A stretch of DNA of 64,000 bases from a bacterium (GCA_029211095.1 JARGFS010000001.1:851-64850), one strand, 5' to 3'. Shown: positions 1 through 9,012, counted from the stretch's first letter. The notes: a model not told the origin generated them from the letters alone. Program-made: numbers and translations.

Positions 1-2
1 GC

Positions 3-560
3 CGGGAGTTTTTTGTAGTCGCGCTCGCTTTCCTTGTTCTAAATGCGCTTTACAGCCTCTGGCTTAAGCATGGTGTGATAATTGATGTCATGAGCATTTC
101 CATCAGTTTTGTACTGAGAGCCTACGCCGGTGCCGTAGCTATCAGCGTTCCGGCTTCCAAATGGCTGCTGCTCAATACACTATTTTTGGCCCTGTTTTTG
201 GCTCTCGGCAAAAGGCGGCACGAGATTCTCCTGTTGGAAGAGAACGCAATTGACCACCGGAAGATTCTTGACCGGTACTCCCCCTACCTGCTGGACCAAA
301 TGATAGGGGTGGTGACAGCTTCGGTAGTCGTCATGTACATGCTCTATACACTGTCTACCGAAGTATCCGAAAAACTGAATACGGAGAATCTGTTTGTTAC
401 TATTCCGTTTGTTGTCTACGGGATATTCAGATACTTGTACCTCATTCATAAGGAAGAGAAGGGCGGCTCACCAACCAGTGTCCTGATAAGCGATACGCCG
501 ATCCTGATCGATGTTATCCTCTGGATCATGTCTGTTTTCGCCGTTCTCTATGTGCTCTGA
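3..560 (+). CDS. UbiA-family polyprenyl-phosphate phosphoribosyltransferase (Rv3806c / DPPR-synthase-like); 5' end lies outside the window
   Basis: The frame is open from nt 3 (REFFVVALAFLVLNALYSLWLKH... precedes the GTG at 75 used by the ORF track). The C-terminal half matches my recollection of M. tuberculosis Rv3806c (LKH..V.D/E, LRA.AG.VA..VP.SKW.LL, GKR..E, F/LRY near the C-terminus). It has several TM helices. TGA stop at 558-560. Confidence 0.7.
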   Translation, partial: REFFVVALAFLVLNALYSLWLKHGVIIDVMSISISFVLRAYAGAVAISVPASKWLLLNTLFLALFLALGKRRHEILLLEENAIDHRKILDRYSPYLLDQMIGVVTASVVVMYMLYTLSTEVSEKLNTENLFVTIPFVVYGIFRYLYLIHKEEKGGSPTSVLISDTPILIDVILWIMSVFAVLYVL

Positions 561-562
561 TC

Positions 563-1498
563 ATGAAATACTCAATCGCACAAAAATCTCTGCTGGCTAT
601 CTCATTGGCCCTTTTGATCTCCTGCTCCAAGACATCGGAGCTGGACATTTCTCAGCAATCGGTCCCTTCCGTACCACTTCTGCAATGCACGGCGGCCGAA
701 CGCATGCCGGAGTCGATTGAAGCGATTGAGGCAGTTCGTCTGGGCGAACCGCGCACTATCCTACCCGATTCCGCAACCGCCTATGTTGGGGAATCTGCCA
801 ACCTCTACCGTTACTACCATTTTGTCGGGCTGGCGACGACCAAGTACCTGATTGGGAGCGATACGATTGAATTTGAACTGGCCCAGTTTGAAACTGATGT
901 TGATGCTTTTGGATTCGCGACATCGTTCCGAACTAACGGGGCTGAATACCAGGGCGTCGGAACCGCCTCGTTTATGATCGGGAAATCATTTTATGCTACT
1001 ATCGCCGATTTTGTCCTGACTGCCGCTCCCTTGACCGAAACGGAGAACAGCGCGACGAGAACGGCTGAGCTGGTCCGGGAGATCAGCAATCTGATGGAGG
1101 CCACGCCACCGCCCGCCTGGTATACATTTTTCCCTTCGCGTGATCAGGTATCGCAGTCGGCCCGATACTACAGCTATGATTATCTTGGCGTGAATGGACT
1201 CAACAAAGTTTACACGATCGATTATGTCGCCGGCGAAGACACCGCTACCTTTTTCCTGGTACCGGACACGAGCGGCCAAAAATTCGAGCGTCTCAAGATT
1301 CTGGCCGAATCAACCGAGCGAGCTATTGGCAGCCCAAAAAGGATGCCCTATGATACCGGTTTGGGGATGGCCTTTGAGCACCCGGATTTGGGGATAATTA
1401 TTTTTGGGGTGAAGCAGAAAAAGATTCTGGGTGTGATCGGTTATGACCCGCGTCAGATCGAGTCACTGGTCAGAGGCTGGATAGAGGGATTTAAGTAA
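563..1498 (+). CDS. hypothetical lipoprotein
   Basis: 311-aa ORF. The N-terminus MKYSIAQKSLLAISLALLISC has a signal peptide plus lipobox Cys. It starts 3 nt after the upstream stop. No family recognised. Confidence 0.6.
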   Translation: MKYSIAQKSLLAISLALLISCSKTSELDISQQSVPSVPLLQCTAAERMPESIEAIEAVRLGEPRTILPDSATAYVGESANLYRYYHFVGLATTKYLIGSDTIEFELAQFETDVDAFGFATSFRTNGAEYQGVGTASFMIGKSFYATIADFVLTAAPLTETENSATRTAELVREISNLMEATPPPAWYTFFPSRDQVSQSARYYSYDYLGVNGLNKVYTIDYVAGEDTATFFLVPDTSGQKFERLKILAESTERAIGSPKRMPYDTGLGMAFEHPDLGIIIFGVKQKKILGVIGYDPRQIESLVRGWIEGFK

Positions 1499-1503
1499 GC
1501 CGC

Positions 1504-1812
1504 CTAATCTTTGAACAGATCGTCAAACTTTTTCTTGGCATCCTCTTTCGGTCTCTGGCTGGAAATCCCCCCGGCCACTTTGGTCACATCCCGTTTCTGA
1601 AAAAGATCACAAAAATTAGTCTTCTCTTTATTTTGCTGGGGATGCTCAATGCTCTCGCGGCACTGGAATCTTCGGGTCGGGTCAAAATGACGGCAGCCCC
1701 GACAACATCTGAGATCCGCCATACACTCAGTACAAGTATCGGATCGCAGTACTTTGTCCACAATCCCGGTCGGTTTGCCGCAATTCCAACATAGCAGTCC
1801 ATCATTGGCCAT
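1504..1812 (-). CDS. small Cys-rich zinc-ribbon-like protein, function unknown
   Basis: 102-aa ORF with paired Cys motifs (CWNC...CTEC...CCRGC...C) and a basic/acidic tail. Convergent with the upstream lipoprotein gene. Confidence 0.5.
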   Translation of the reverse strand: MANDGLLCWNCGKPTGIVDKVLRSDTCTECMADLRCCRGCRHFDPTRRFQCRESIEHPQQNKEKTNFCDLFQKRDVTKVAGGISSQRPKEDAKKKFDDLFKD

Positions 1813-1897
1813 ATTAGATAATAATATTAATCACCGGATTGCGCAAGCCTCTCTGAGAAGCAGCTAAGACTGCCCAACTGATCTACTTTCCGACCAT

Positions 1898-2908
1898 TTA
1901 ACTGCGGCTGCCAATCTCTTTAATGAGTTCATCGCGATATTCGGTAGTGGTCGCTTTTCCACCCAGGTCACGGGTCAGATTATTACCCATAGCCAGGGTA
2001 ACGACAATCGATTTCCATATCCTATCAGCGGCTTCGATCTGTCCCAGATGCTTTAACATCAGGAGGGCGGAAAAAAGAAGGGCGGTCGGATTGGCGTAAT
2101 TTTTCCCGGCTATATCCGGAGCGGTCCCATGCACTGCTTCAAAGATCGCGTATTCATCCCCCAGATTTGCTCCCGGAACAACTCCCAGCCCCCCAACCAG
2201 ACCGGCCGCAAGGTCTGAGACAATGTCCCCAAACATATTGCCAAGCAGAAGCATGTCAAACTTGGTCGGGTCCATGACCAGATTCATACAGATAGCATCA
2301 ACAATCCTGTCTTCAGCTTCAATATCCGGGAACTCCTTGGCCACCTCTTCAAACGTCCTCAGGAACAGGCCGTCCGATATTTTCATGATATTCGCTTTGT
2401 GCACCAGCGTGATCTTTTTGCGCCCATGCTCCCGGGCATACTCAAACGCCCAGCGGGCAATTCTCTCCGAAGCGCGCTCGGTAACTACCTTGATCGCCTG
2501 GGTAACGCCGGGTGAGATCAGGTTCTCAATCCCGGTATAGAGGTCTTCGGTATTCTCCCGGACAATAATCAGATCAACTTTGTCGTAACGGCTGGGCACC
2601 CCGCCAATACTTTTGACCGGCCGCAGATTGACAAAAAGATCGAGTTTCTTGCGCAGCGTCACATTGGCTGACCGGAAGCCCTTGCCGACCAAAGTGGTTA
2701 TTGGTCCCTTGAGAGCTACTTTATTCTCTTTAATGGAGTCAATGAGGCCGTCGGGGACAGATTTCCCAAACTCCTGAATGGCCGGAATCCCCGCCTCGTG
2801 CTTGTCCCATTCAATCTCAACCCCGGCCGCATCAATTATCTTCACTACGGCATCGGTAATCTCCGGTCCAATACCATCGCCAGGTATCAGAGTAACTTTA
2901 TGTGCCAT
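1898..2908 (-). CDS. isocitrate/homoisocitrate dehydrogenase (NAD-type, isopropylmalate dehydrogenase superfamily)
   Basis: Motifs LIPGDGIGPE, LFVNLRP, IVRENTEDLYTG (the ENTE..Y form is typical of isocitrate/homoisocitrate rather than isopropylmalate enzymes) and GDIVSDLAAGLVGGLG. I prefer the ATG at 2908; the ORF track uses a TTG at 2917. Confidence 0.8.
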   Translation of the reverse strand: MAHKVTLIPGDGIGPEITDAVVKIIDAAGVEIEWDKHEAGIPAIQEFGKSVPDGLIDSIKENKVALKGPITTLVGKGFRSANVTLRKKLDLFVNLRPVKSIGGVPSRYDKVDLIIVRENTEDLYTGIENLISPGVTQAIKVVTERASERIARWAFEYAREHGRKKITLVHKANIMKISDGLFLRTFEEVAKEFPDIEAEDRIVDAICMNLVMDPTKFDMLLLGNMFGDIVSDLAAGLVGGLGVVPGANLGDEYAIFEAVHGTAPDIAGKNYANPTALLFSALLMLKHLGQIEAADRIWKSIVVTLAMGNNLTRDLGGKATTTEYRDELIKEIGSRS

Positions 2909-2951
2909 ATCTGCCAACTTTCCAGTTTTTCTTCAATTATGCCAGTAGCCA

Positions 2952-2981
2952 GTAGGTCGAAATCCCCTTGCGGGTTTCGAC
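2952..2981 (+). repeat. REP-like palindrome, GTAG + GTCGAAA(T)CCC-loop-GGGTTTCGAC
   Basis: Reads gtag gtcgaaatcccc ttgc gggtttcgac. Same family as 24265-24294 and 62747-62773. Confidence 0.7.
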
Positions 2982-3002
2982 ATTAGTGCTGGAATTTCAG
3001 GC

Positions 3003-3035
3003 GTCAAAACCCTCTGACGAGGGATTTTGACCTAC
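3003..3035 (-). repeat. REP-like palindrome (GTCAAAACCCTC variant), inverted relative to 2952-2981
   Basis: The plus strand reads gtcaaaaccctc tgac gagggattttgac ctac, a 12-bp perfect stem. CTAC is GTAG on the minus strand. Confidence 0.7.
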
Positions 3036-3067
3036 AACTACAACAACAACTACAACGACAACTAACG
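3032..3067. repeat. hexanucleotide microsatellite (CTACAA-like x6)
   Basis: ctacaa ctacaa caacaa ctacaa cgacaa ctaacg, starting at the CTAC tail of the preceding palindrome. Confidence 0.8.
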
Positions 3068-3135
3068 ATTCAATAAGTTGCTATTCATATCAGGGGCTGA
3101 GTATATCCATATTACGGCCCAATGTCAACTGCTCC

Positions 3136-3321
3136 CTATTCATAAGACAGCAATCCGGTTCCAATCCCGACATCCAGAATTTTCAACCGGTCAGGATTGC
3201 CTGCCAGCCTCTCTATCTCCGACAGAACATCGTAGTAGCCGATAAACGGAAATTCGGTGGTATCATCCTTCATCCCGTCATCGTAGGAGGCGGCCCATTT
3301 GTCAAAATCAGAGTCTTTCAT
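3136..3321 (-). pseudogene. N-terminal remnant of a class I SAM-dependent methyltransferase
   Basis: The 61-aa ORF ends with TAG just after SAM motif I (KILDVGIGTGLLSYE*). The roughly 100+ residues of the Rossmann fold expected after motif I are absent, and no frame continues coding downstream. The remnant abuts the REP pair. Confidence 0.5.
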
Positions 3322-3438
3322 CTTATTTGAATATAGCTACAATCGGACGTTCCAATCAAGCTGGAATTATGACTCCCCTGCTGCAAAATCTGGCTTTGGC
3401 TCGTTGCCTCGCGGTCCGCATTGTGTTATACATTAAGG

Positions 3439-4494
3439 ATGGAAGATAAGCGTAAGGAAGCGTCTATCAAGCTCACGGCCGAAGTCAGCTGCGCCGGTTG
3501 AGCTTCAAAACTCTCGCCAGCGGTGCTGGCCGAAGCATTAAAAAATCTGCCGGCTTCATCCGACCCCAACCTTCTGGTTGGGTTCAACAAGGCTGACGAT
3601 GCCGGGGTCTACAAGATCAGCGACAGCATGGCGCTGGTCCAGACGCTGGACTTTTTTCCACCGATAGTCGATGACCCGTACTATTTCGGTCAGATTGCAG
3701 CGGCTAACGCCCTCAGCGATGTATACGCAATGGGCGGGCGTCCGTTGACGGCCTTGAACATTGTCGGATTTCCGGTCAGCAGCATGCCTCCCTCGGTTCT
3801 CAACGATATCCTTCGGGGGGGCTGTGAGAAGATAGAGGAAGCAGGCGCGGTTGTTGTTGGCGGTCACTCGATCAACGACAAGGAGCTGAAATACGGTGTC
3901 TCGGTAACCGGCCTAATTGATCCTGCCAGAGTAATCCGCAACGATGGAGCCAGGGTTGGCGACATACTCTTCCTTACCAAGCCACTCGGGACAGGTCTGA
4001 TAACCACCGGGATCAAGCGTGGAGTTGTTGAAAGTGAGTTGATTGAATTGGTCACGTTTCAGATGGCCGAGCTAAATAGAACGGCGGCCGAATTGATGAT
4101 CCGTTTTGAGGCTCGCGCCGCCACGGACATCACCGGATTCGGATTGGCCGGTCACGCTTATGAAATGGCCGACGGATCAGGTGTGACGATTGAATTCCGG
4201 GCCAACAGTCTGCCAAAGCTGCCCAGGGCACTGGAACTGGCCGAAGCCGGGATGATTCCAGGGGGCGGAAATGCCAACCTGAATTATTTGTCAGACAAAA
4301 TTGAAATTGCTCCGACGATCAATAAGAACATAGTCACCCTTGTTTTTGACCCTCAGACTTCGGGCGGCATATTGATAGCTATTGATGCCAGCCGGGCGGA
4401 TGAATTTGAAGCAGAATTGAAAGAGAAACTTCCAAATGCGGCGCGGATTGGACAGGTGGTTGAAAAACGCGCCACAGCTTTGATCTTAAACTGA
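3439..4494 (+). CDS. selD: selenide, water dikinase SelD (selenophosphate synthetase), selenocysteine-containing; TGA 3499-3501 read as Sec
   Basis: The ORF-track body (3523-4494) has SelD motifs (DDAGVY, DFFPPIVDDPY.FG.IAA.NALSDVYAMGG.P, GGHS). Upstream in the same frame: ATG 3439 MEDKRKEASIKLTAEVSCAG-TGA-ASKLSPAVL. This aligns residue for residue with E. coli [20 protein letters not shown], placing the TGA at Cys17. A hairpin lies downstream of the TGA. Confidence 0.85.
3502..3536 (+). promoter_or_regulatory. putative bacterial SECIS element of selD
   Basis: Inner hairpin GCCAGC-GGU-GCUGGC (3516-3530) starts 15 nt after the UGA. Its apical GGU lies 21-23 nt after the UGA, comparable to the fdhF SECIS apical GGUC. 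An outer GCUUC/GAAGC pairing is possible (3502-3506 with 3532-3536). Confidence 0.55.
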
Positions 4495-4503
4495 TGGGGA
4501 TAT

Positions 4504-6618
4504 ATGAGACTTAGCAATGCAAACCGGAAGCGTTTGTATTTGGTCGCCACGATTGCGCTTGTGATCGGCGGTGTCCTCTTTTGGATGTCGGACCTGACCA
4601 GTGACCCACCCATGTACTACTCCGGGTTGGGACAATCTCTTTCAACAGACCCGGCCCAATATGTGCATCATGCCCGAAACAAAACTCTGTTCGATGAATT
4701 TGACCCGTTTGATTATCCCCGCTGGACTGTCTATCAGCATTCAATAATCTCCCTTTTCAGCTACATCTGGTTTGAGATTGCCGGTGTTTCGGCCAAACAG
4801 GCGGCTGTTGTGGGAGTGCTGGTCTCGTTTCTCTCATTGCTGTTCCTGCTTTTGGCCGTCTATCGCTACCACTCCGGCTGGGTGAGCGCGCTCATTGCGT
4901 TCTGTTTTGTCTCGAATGTGACCCTGATCACCTATGGCCGCCTGACCTATCTTGAGAATGGCTTACTGCTGATTGCCTCCGTTATTTTCTGGGTCTATTC
5001 CCGCTGGGGAGAGAAACTATGGGGCCTCCTGTTGGCAGGAGCGTTGGCCGCCGCGGCCACACTCACCGGCAAGCTCTTTGGAGCCTTGTTGCTGCCTGCC
5101 CTGTTACTGACCGTTTTTTTCTCCGCCGAGCGGCGCCGCCTGGTGATGGCCATCTCCACGGCTGCTTCGTTTGCCCTGACGACTGTTTTGCTGGTCCTGA
5201 TTCTCTATGGAACAGATTTTTCCGCCGCCCTGGCCTACATTACTGAACAGTCCTATGGCCTTCGTGGTTACCCGGCCGGGCTCGCTTCGCCGCTGAGTTT
5301 TGTAGAACATCTGATTTCGTACGGATTCTCAAATCGTCTCTTCTACCTCGATCCGGACATACTGGTTTTCATGGTTGCTTCAATAGTTATTTTTGCAGTC
5401 GTCCGACTCAACGGTTTTCGCTTCAAGCGGCTTTCCGCTATTTCAAGACTGTCAATTCTGTGGACCGTGATCGCATTTCTCGGACTCATGCCGCTAAACT
5501 ATTCACCGGTCCGCTATGCCGTGATCATGCTTCCTTCGGTGATCGTTGCTTTCTTCGCTCTGTCCGACCATCTCCGCATGGCGGAGTTGTCCGCAAGTAT
5601 CAGGAGTGACTGGAAGTCAATCTCGCTTGTCGCACTCGCTTTCTGGCTTCTGGGCTATCACCTGATCGCCAATGCATTTTTCTTTAATGTCTTCCCCTCC
5701 CCCACCGCGAAAATCGTCTGGATCACCCTTCCCTTTGCAGCCCTGGCCGCATACGGAATGATGCGCCTGATTTCCAAGCGGCCACAATTGCTCTCTTCCC
5801 GAAACCTGGTGGCAATAATGGTCCTGATACTAATCATGTCGGCCACCGGCAACGGGTTCAGAATCCGCCGCCTCCATTACCTTGATCACAATTTCAACCT
5901 CATGGAAGCTAACCGTGATGTAGCCCAGATACTCAATCCGGAAGCAGTTCTTTCCGGCCCGTACGGTCCGGCGTTGACCATGGATAACGAGGTGAAATCA
6001 TTCATTCACCTCTTTGGCGTAGCCGATATAGACTCTTCTCTATTTGATCGCTATCCGATTACTCATTTGGCTGTAGATTCATCCAACTGGGCTTTGGCCG
6101 TTTCGGATTACCCGGAGCTTAGAGATTTGAAACCGGTGACTTCGTACTGGATTCGCGATTACCAGGTTGACATTTATAATATCAGTAAGGTCTTCGCAAA
6201 TCCGACAGCCAATAACTACCGGGAATCAACTTATGAACAAGCTCTGGCGGCTTATTACAAAGAGAATCCGGACAGTGCCCTCTTTGAGATTCAGAGCTTT
6301 CTCAGCGAGAATCCGGATTCCAAATCGGCAGTCATTCTCCTGATTGATTTACTTTCCGACAAGCAACGGTTTACCGAAGTCCAGAATGTACTCACGGCCC
6401 TGGCTAATCGGCATCCGACTGACTTCTACATTCAGGTGCAGGCCGGTCGGTTTTACCAGATACTGGCCACCCTCAGAAAAGACCAGTCCCTGCTCTCCCT
6501 GTCACAGTTCTACTATGAACGGGGAGTTGCCGCCAACCGTTTCAAAGCCAGTTATGCCTCGCAGATTTTCTCTCTCACCGCCCAGCAACTGCGCGGGGCA
6601 AATCCCCAATCTCCATAA
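4504..6618 (+). CDS. polytopic membrane protein, probable GT-C type (ArnT/PMT-like) glycosyltransferase with soluble TPR-like C-terminal domain
   Basis: 704 aa. About 12 or more hydrophobic helices over the first ~450 aa, with an N-terminal loop (SDLTSDPPMYYSG...DPAQYVHHARN) in the style of family 39/83 glycosyltransferases. The C-terminal ~230 aa are helical-repeat-like. It starts 10 nt after selD. Confidence 0.45.
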   Translation: MRLSNANRKRLYLVATIALVIGGVLFWMSDLTSDPPMYYSGLGQSLSTDPAQYVHHARNKTLFDEFDPFDYPRWTVYQHSIISLFSYIWFEIAGVSAKQAAVVGVLVSFLSLLFLLLAVYRYHSGWVSALIAFCFVSNVTLITYGRLTYLENGLLLIASVIFWVYSRWGEKLWGLLLAGALAAAATLTGKLFGALLLPALLLTVFFSAERRRLVMAISTAASFALTTVLLVLILYGTDFSAALAYITEQSYGLRGYPAGLASPLSFVEHLISYGFSNRLFYLDPDILVFMVASIVIFAVVRLNGFRFKRLSAISRLSILWTVIAFLGLMPLNYSPVRYAVIMLPSVIVAFFALSDHLRMAELSASIRSDWKSISLVALAFWLLGYHLIANAFFFNVFPSPTAKIVWITLPFAALAAYGMMRLISKRPQLLSSRNLVAIMVLILIMSATGNGFRIRRLHYLDHNFNLMEANRDVAQILNPEAVLSGPYGPALTMDNEVKSFIHLFGVADIDSSLFDRYPITHLAVDSSNWALAVSDYPELRDLKPVTSYWIRDYQVDIYNISKVFANPTANNYRESTYEQALAAYYKENPDSALFEIQSFLSENPDSKSAVILLIDLLSDKQRFTEVQNVLTALANRHPTDFYIQVQAGRFYQILATLRKDQSLLSLSQFYYERGVAANRFKASYASQIFSLTAQQLRGANPQSP

Positions 6619-6683
6619 GCCGCAGTTGCACCCAGCCCGATCCTGATAGTTTCAAGTTTGTCGAAAGTAATTAGCAGGAGCGT

Positions 6684-7880
6684 TTAGCTCCGAACAGCGT
6701 TGCGAATAATCTCCGCATAGCGAGCCGCCGAAGCGGAGGAGGTGAAGCGTGAGCGAGCCGATTGCAGCCCGGACCGGCCAAGACGAATTCGGAGGGCTTC
6801 ATCGGTCAGCAGGTTGGCGAGATTGTCGGCCAGTTCCGAAGGGTTATCCGGTTCCACCAGCAGTCCGTTCTTGTCATGATCAATGATATCGGGTATGCCA
6901 CCGGAATTTGTCCCCACTACCGCAGCGCCACAGAGCATAGCTTCGGACAGGGCCAATCCAAATCCTTCTCGTACTGAATTGAGAACCACAATACCGGCCC
7001 GGTTGTAAATGTCGGCCAGTTCTGACTGAGGCACGGCCGAAAAGAGGCTGACTTTTTCAGACAGTCCCAGGCGGTCGATGAGTTCCACAATCTGCTGCCT
7101 GAGGTCCCCTTCGCCGTAGATATGCAACCGGAAGTGGAGACTCTTTTCAGATAGCAAGGCCATTGCTTTAACAAGCATGTCGACCCGCTTCTGTTCCGTA
7201 AACCGTGTCACCGCTACAATCAAGTTCCCGTCTCGGACCACTTCATCCTTTAGATAGAACAAAGACTCATCATGCGGCATCGGCAGAACTTCCAGAATCC
7301 GGTTCAGTGTATGGTCTACGCGAAGCAGTTCATCCCGAAGGTAACTTGAGACGAAAGTCCAGCTCCTGAGTTGACGGCAGAATGACTTCAGGTAGCGATA
7401 AGCCGCCCCGGCATACTTGCTAATCAGCCTGATATCAGTCCCATGCGAAGACATTATAGTCGGCAGCCCGGTTCTCTTTGCAATCGGTTTCATTACCAAC
7501 CCGGCCGGAATAAGCCAATGGCCGGCCAGAAGCTCTATCTTTTCTTTCTTAATCACCTCCATGGCCGCCATCCTGAACCGATCCAAAAAGCTCTTGAACT
7601 TGAATATCCCGCTCACCGATCCCAACACCAATTGGTGCATCTGCCCGCGATAGGCAATGTTCTGCTCCGACTCCCGATCGGCATATTGAAACCTGTAGAC
7701 CCTGACTCCATCCATCTCTTCGCACTTCTCGGCCCCGCTATCATGCGGCGCTATCACAATCGGGTCAACACCATACTGTGGCAGCTGACGCATTAGCAGG
7801 TGAAGAAATACTCCGGCAAAGTCCCCCTCAAAGCGCGGGTAGTTATGCGTGATGACCAGAATCCGGATTCTATCGTTCAT
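6684..7880 (-). CDS. glycosyltransferase family 4 (GT-B, RfaG-like)
   Basis: N-terminal ILVITHNYP...GG-type donor domain. C-terminal EGFGLALSEAMLCGAAVVGTNSGGIPDII (E-x7-E region) is typical of GT4. Confidence 0.8.
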   Translation of the reverse strand: MNDRIRILVITHNYPRFEGDFAGVFLHLLMRQLPQYGVDPIVIAPHDSGAEKCEEMDGVRVYRFQYADRESEQNIAYRGQMHQLVLGSVSGIFKFKSFLDRFRMAAMEVIKKEKIELLAGHWLIPAGLVMKPIAKRTGLPTIMSSHGTDIRLISKYAGAAYRYLKSFCRQLRSWTFVSSYLRDELLRVDHTLNRILEVLPMPHDESLFYLKDEVVRDGNLIVAVTRFTEQKRVDMLVKAMALLSEKSLHFRLHIYGEGDLRQQIVELIDRLGLSEKVSLFSAVPQSELADIYNRAGIVVLNSVREGFGLALSEAMLCGAAVVGTNSGGIPDIIDHDKNGLLVEPDNPSELADNLANLLTDEALRIRLGRSGLQSARSRFTSSASAARYAEIIRNAVRS

Positions 7881-7961
7881 GACAACAGTCTATGCAATTC
7901 ATAAGCTTGCTGAAATATATTTTTTTTCTGATCCAATCCACCTATATTCTACAAACAGATT

Positions 7962-8900
7962 ATGAGTAAGAAACAGCCCAAAACCCTCGATTTTGCCACC
8001 GAAGTGGACTTTAGCCAGATTCTCACCAACCCGATTCTGGATATCGCCGCTCGCTTGTGGGATGAAAAAAGATATCACGCTTTTCAACTCTGTTACCGTT
8101 CCATGCGGATCATTGATGATCTCGTTGATGACCGCCGTGAACTGAACGAGAGTTTGAGTACCGAAGAACAAAAGGAGCTCCAGATATCAATTGAAATCTG
8201 GAATCAGGCCCTGGTTACCGGGCGACCGGTAGATGACTTTCAGGAGGAACTCCTGGACACTATGAGAGATTTTCGAATTCCTTCGTGGCCCTGGTCGCGG
8301 CTCTGCAAGGCAATGATTTTTGATCTCTACCATGATTCATTCCGTTCTTTTTTGATTTTTGTCCGCTACACCGAAGGCGCTGCGATAGCCCCCGCCTCCA
8401 TCTTCATGCACCTGTGCGGAACAAAAGAACAAGACCAGAGATTCCACCCCCCCGATTATGACATCCGGCTGGCCGCCCGTCCCCTGGCTCTATTCTCCTA
8501 CCTGGTTCACATTATGAGAGATTTTGAAAAGGACCAGAAAGCCGGTCTCAATTATTTTGCGACCGACCTGCTCAAGCTTCACAAAGTTCCAAGCGAGCAA
8601 CTCCAAAAAATAGCCTTTACCGGACAACCGACTGAAAGTTTTCGCGCCCTGATTGCCCACTACCATGAATTGGCTGAAAAATACCGGCAGAAAGCCGAAC
8701 AGAATATCGGACGGCTGCTCCCGCATTTGGAGCCGAGATATCAACTCAGCCTGGGCATGATCTATTCCCTTTATCTCCAAATCTTTGAGCGGGTTGACCC
8801 GCAAAATGGGCAGTTTGGAACAGATGACCTTAATCCGACCCCGCACGAGGTTCAGAAGCGGATTGACGAGACTATATCCTCTTTTGCCGCACTAAGTTAA
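7962..8900 (+). CDS. squalene/phytoene synthase family protein
   Basis: First Asp-rich motif FQLCYRSMRIIDDLVDD and second region HIMRDFEKDQKAGLNYF match the trans-isoprenyl diphosphate synthase head-to-head family pattern. Confidence 0.7.
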   Translation: MSKKQPKTLDFATEVDFSQILTNPILDIAARLWDEKRYHAFQLCYRSMRIIDDLVDDRRELNESLSTEEQKELQISIEIWNQALVTGRPVDDFQEELLDTMRDFRIPSWPWSRLCKAMIFDLYHDSFRSFLIFVRYTEGAAIAPASIFMHLCGTKEQDQRFHPPDYDIRLAARPLALFSYLVHIMRDFEKDQKAGLNYFATDLLKLHKVPSEQLQKIAFTGQPTESFRALIAHYHELAEKYRQKAEQNIGRLLPHLEPRYQLSLGMIYSLYLQIFERVDPQNGQFGTDDLNPTPHEVQKRIDETISSFAALS

Positions 8901-9012
8901 AACTTTTCCTGGAAGAATAAGGAGCCTATGCTGGTATCAATGCTGGTACCGGAAAGGGTAACTTGTACCCCAACAGGTACTCAATTGTATAAGAAACTGT
9001 GGAGGATATAAA

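Noticed and set aside
2952-3035. Are the hairpin repeats (also at 24196-24294, 47235-47372, 62466-62560) CRISPR arrays?
   Set aside because: There are at most two adjacent copies and spacing is irregular. Orientations are mixed, no cas genes are present, and the units are strongly palindromic with a GTAG flank. This pattern fits REP/BIME, not CRISPR.
3499-3501. Genome-wide reassignment of TGA (code 4/25) instead of Sec
   Set aside because: TGA terminates well-supported genes in this window (558-560 and 45582-45584, among others). In selD it occurs exactly at the known Sec/Cys position, with a downstream hairpin.
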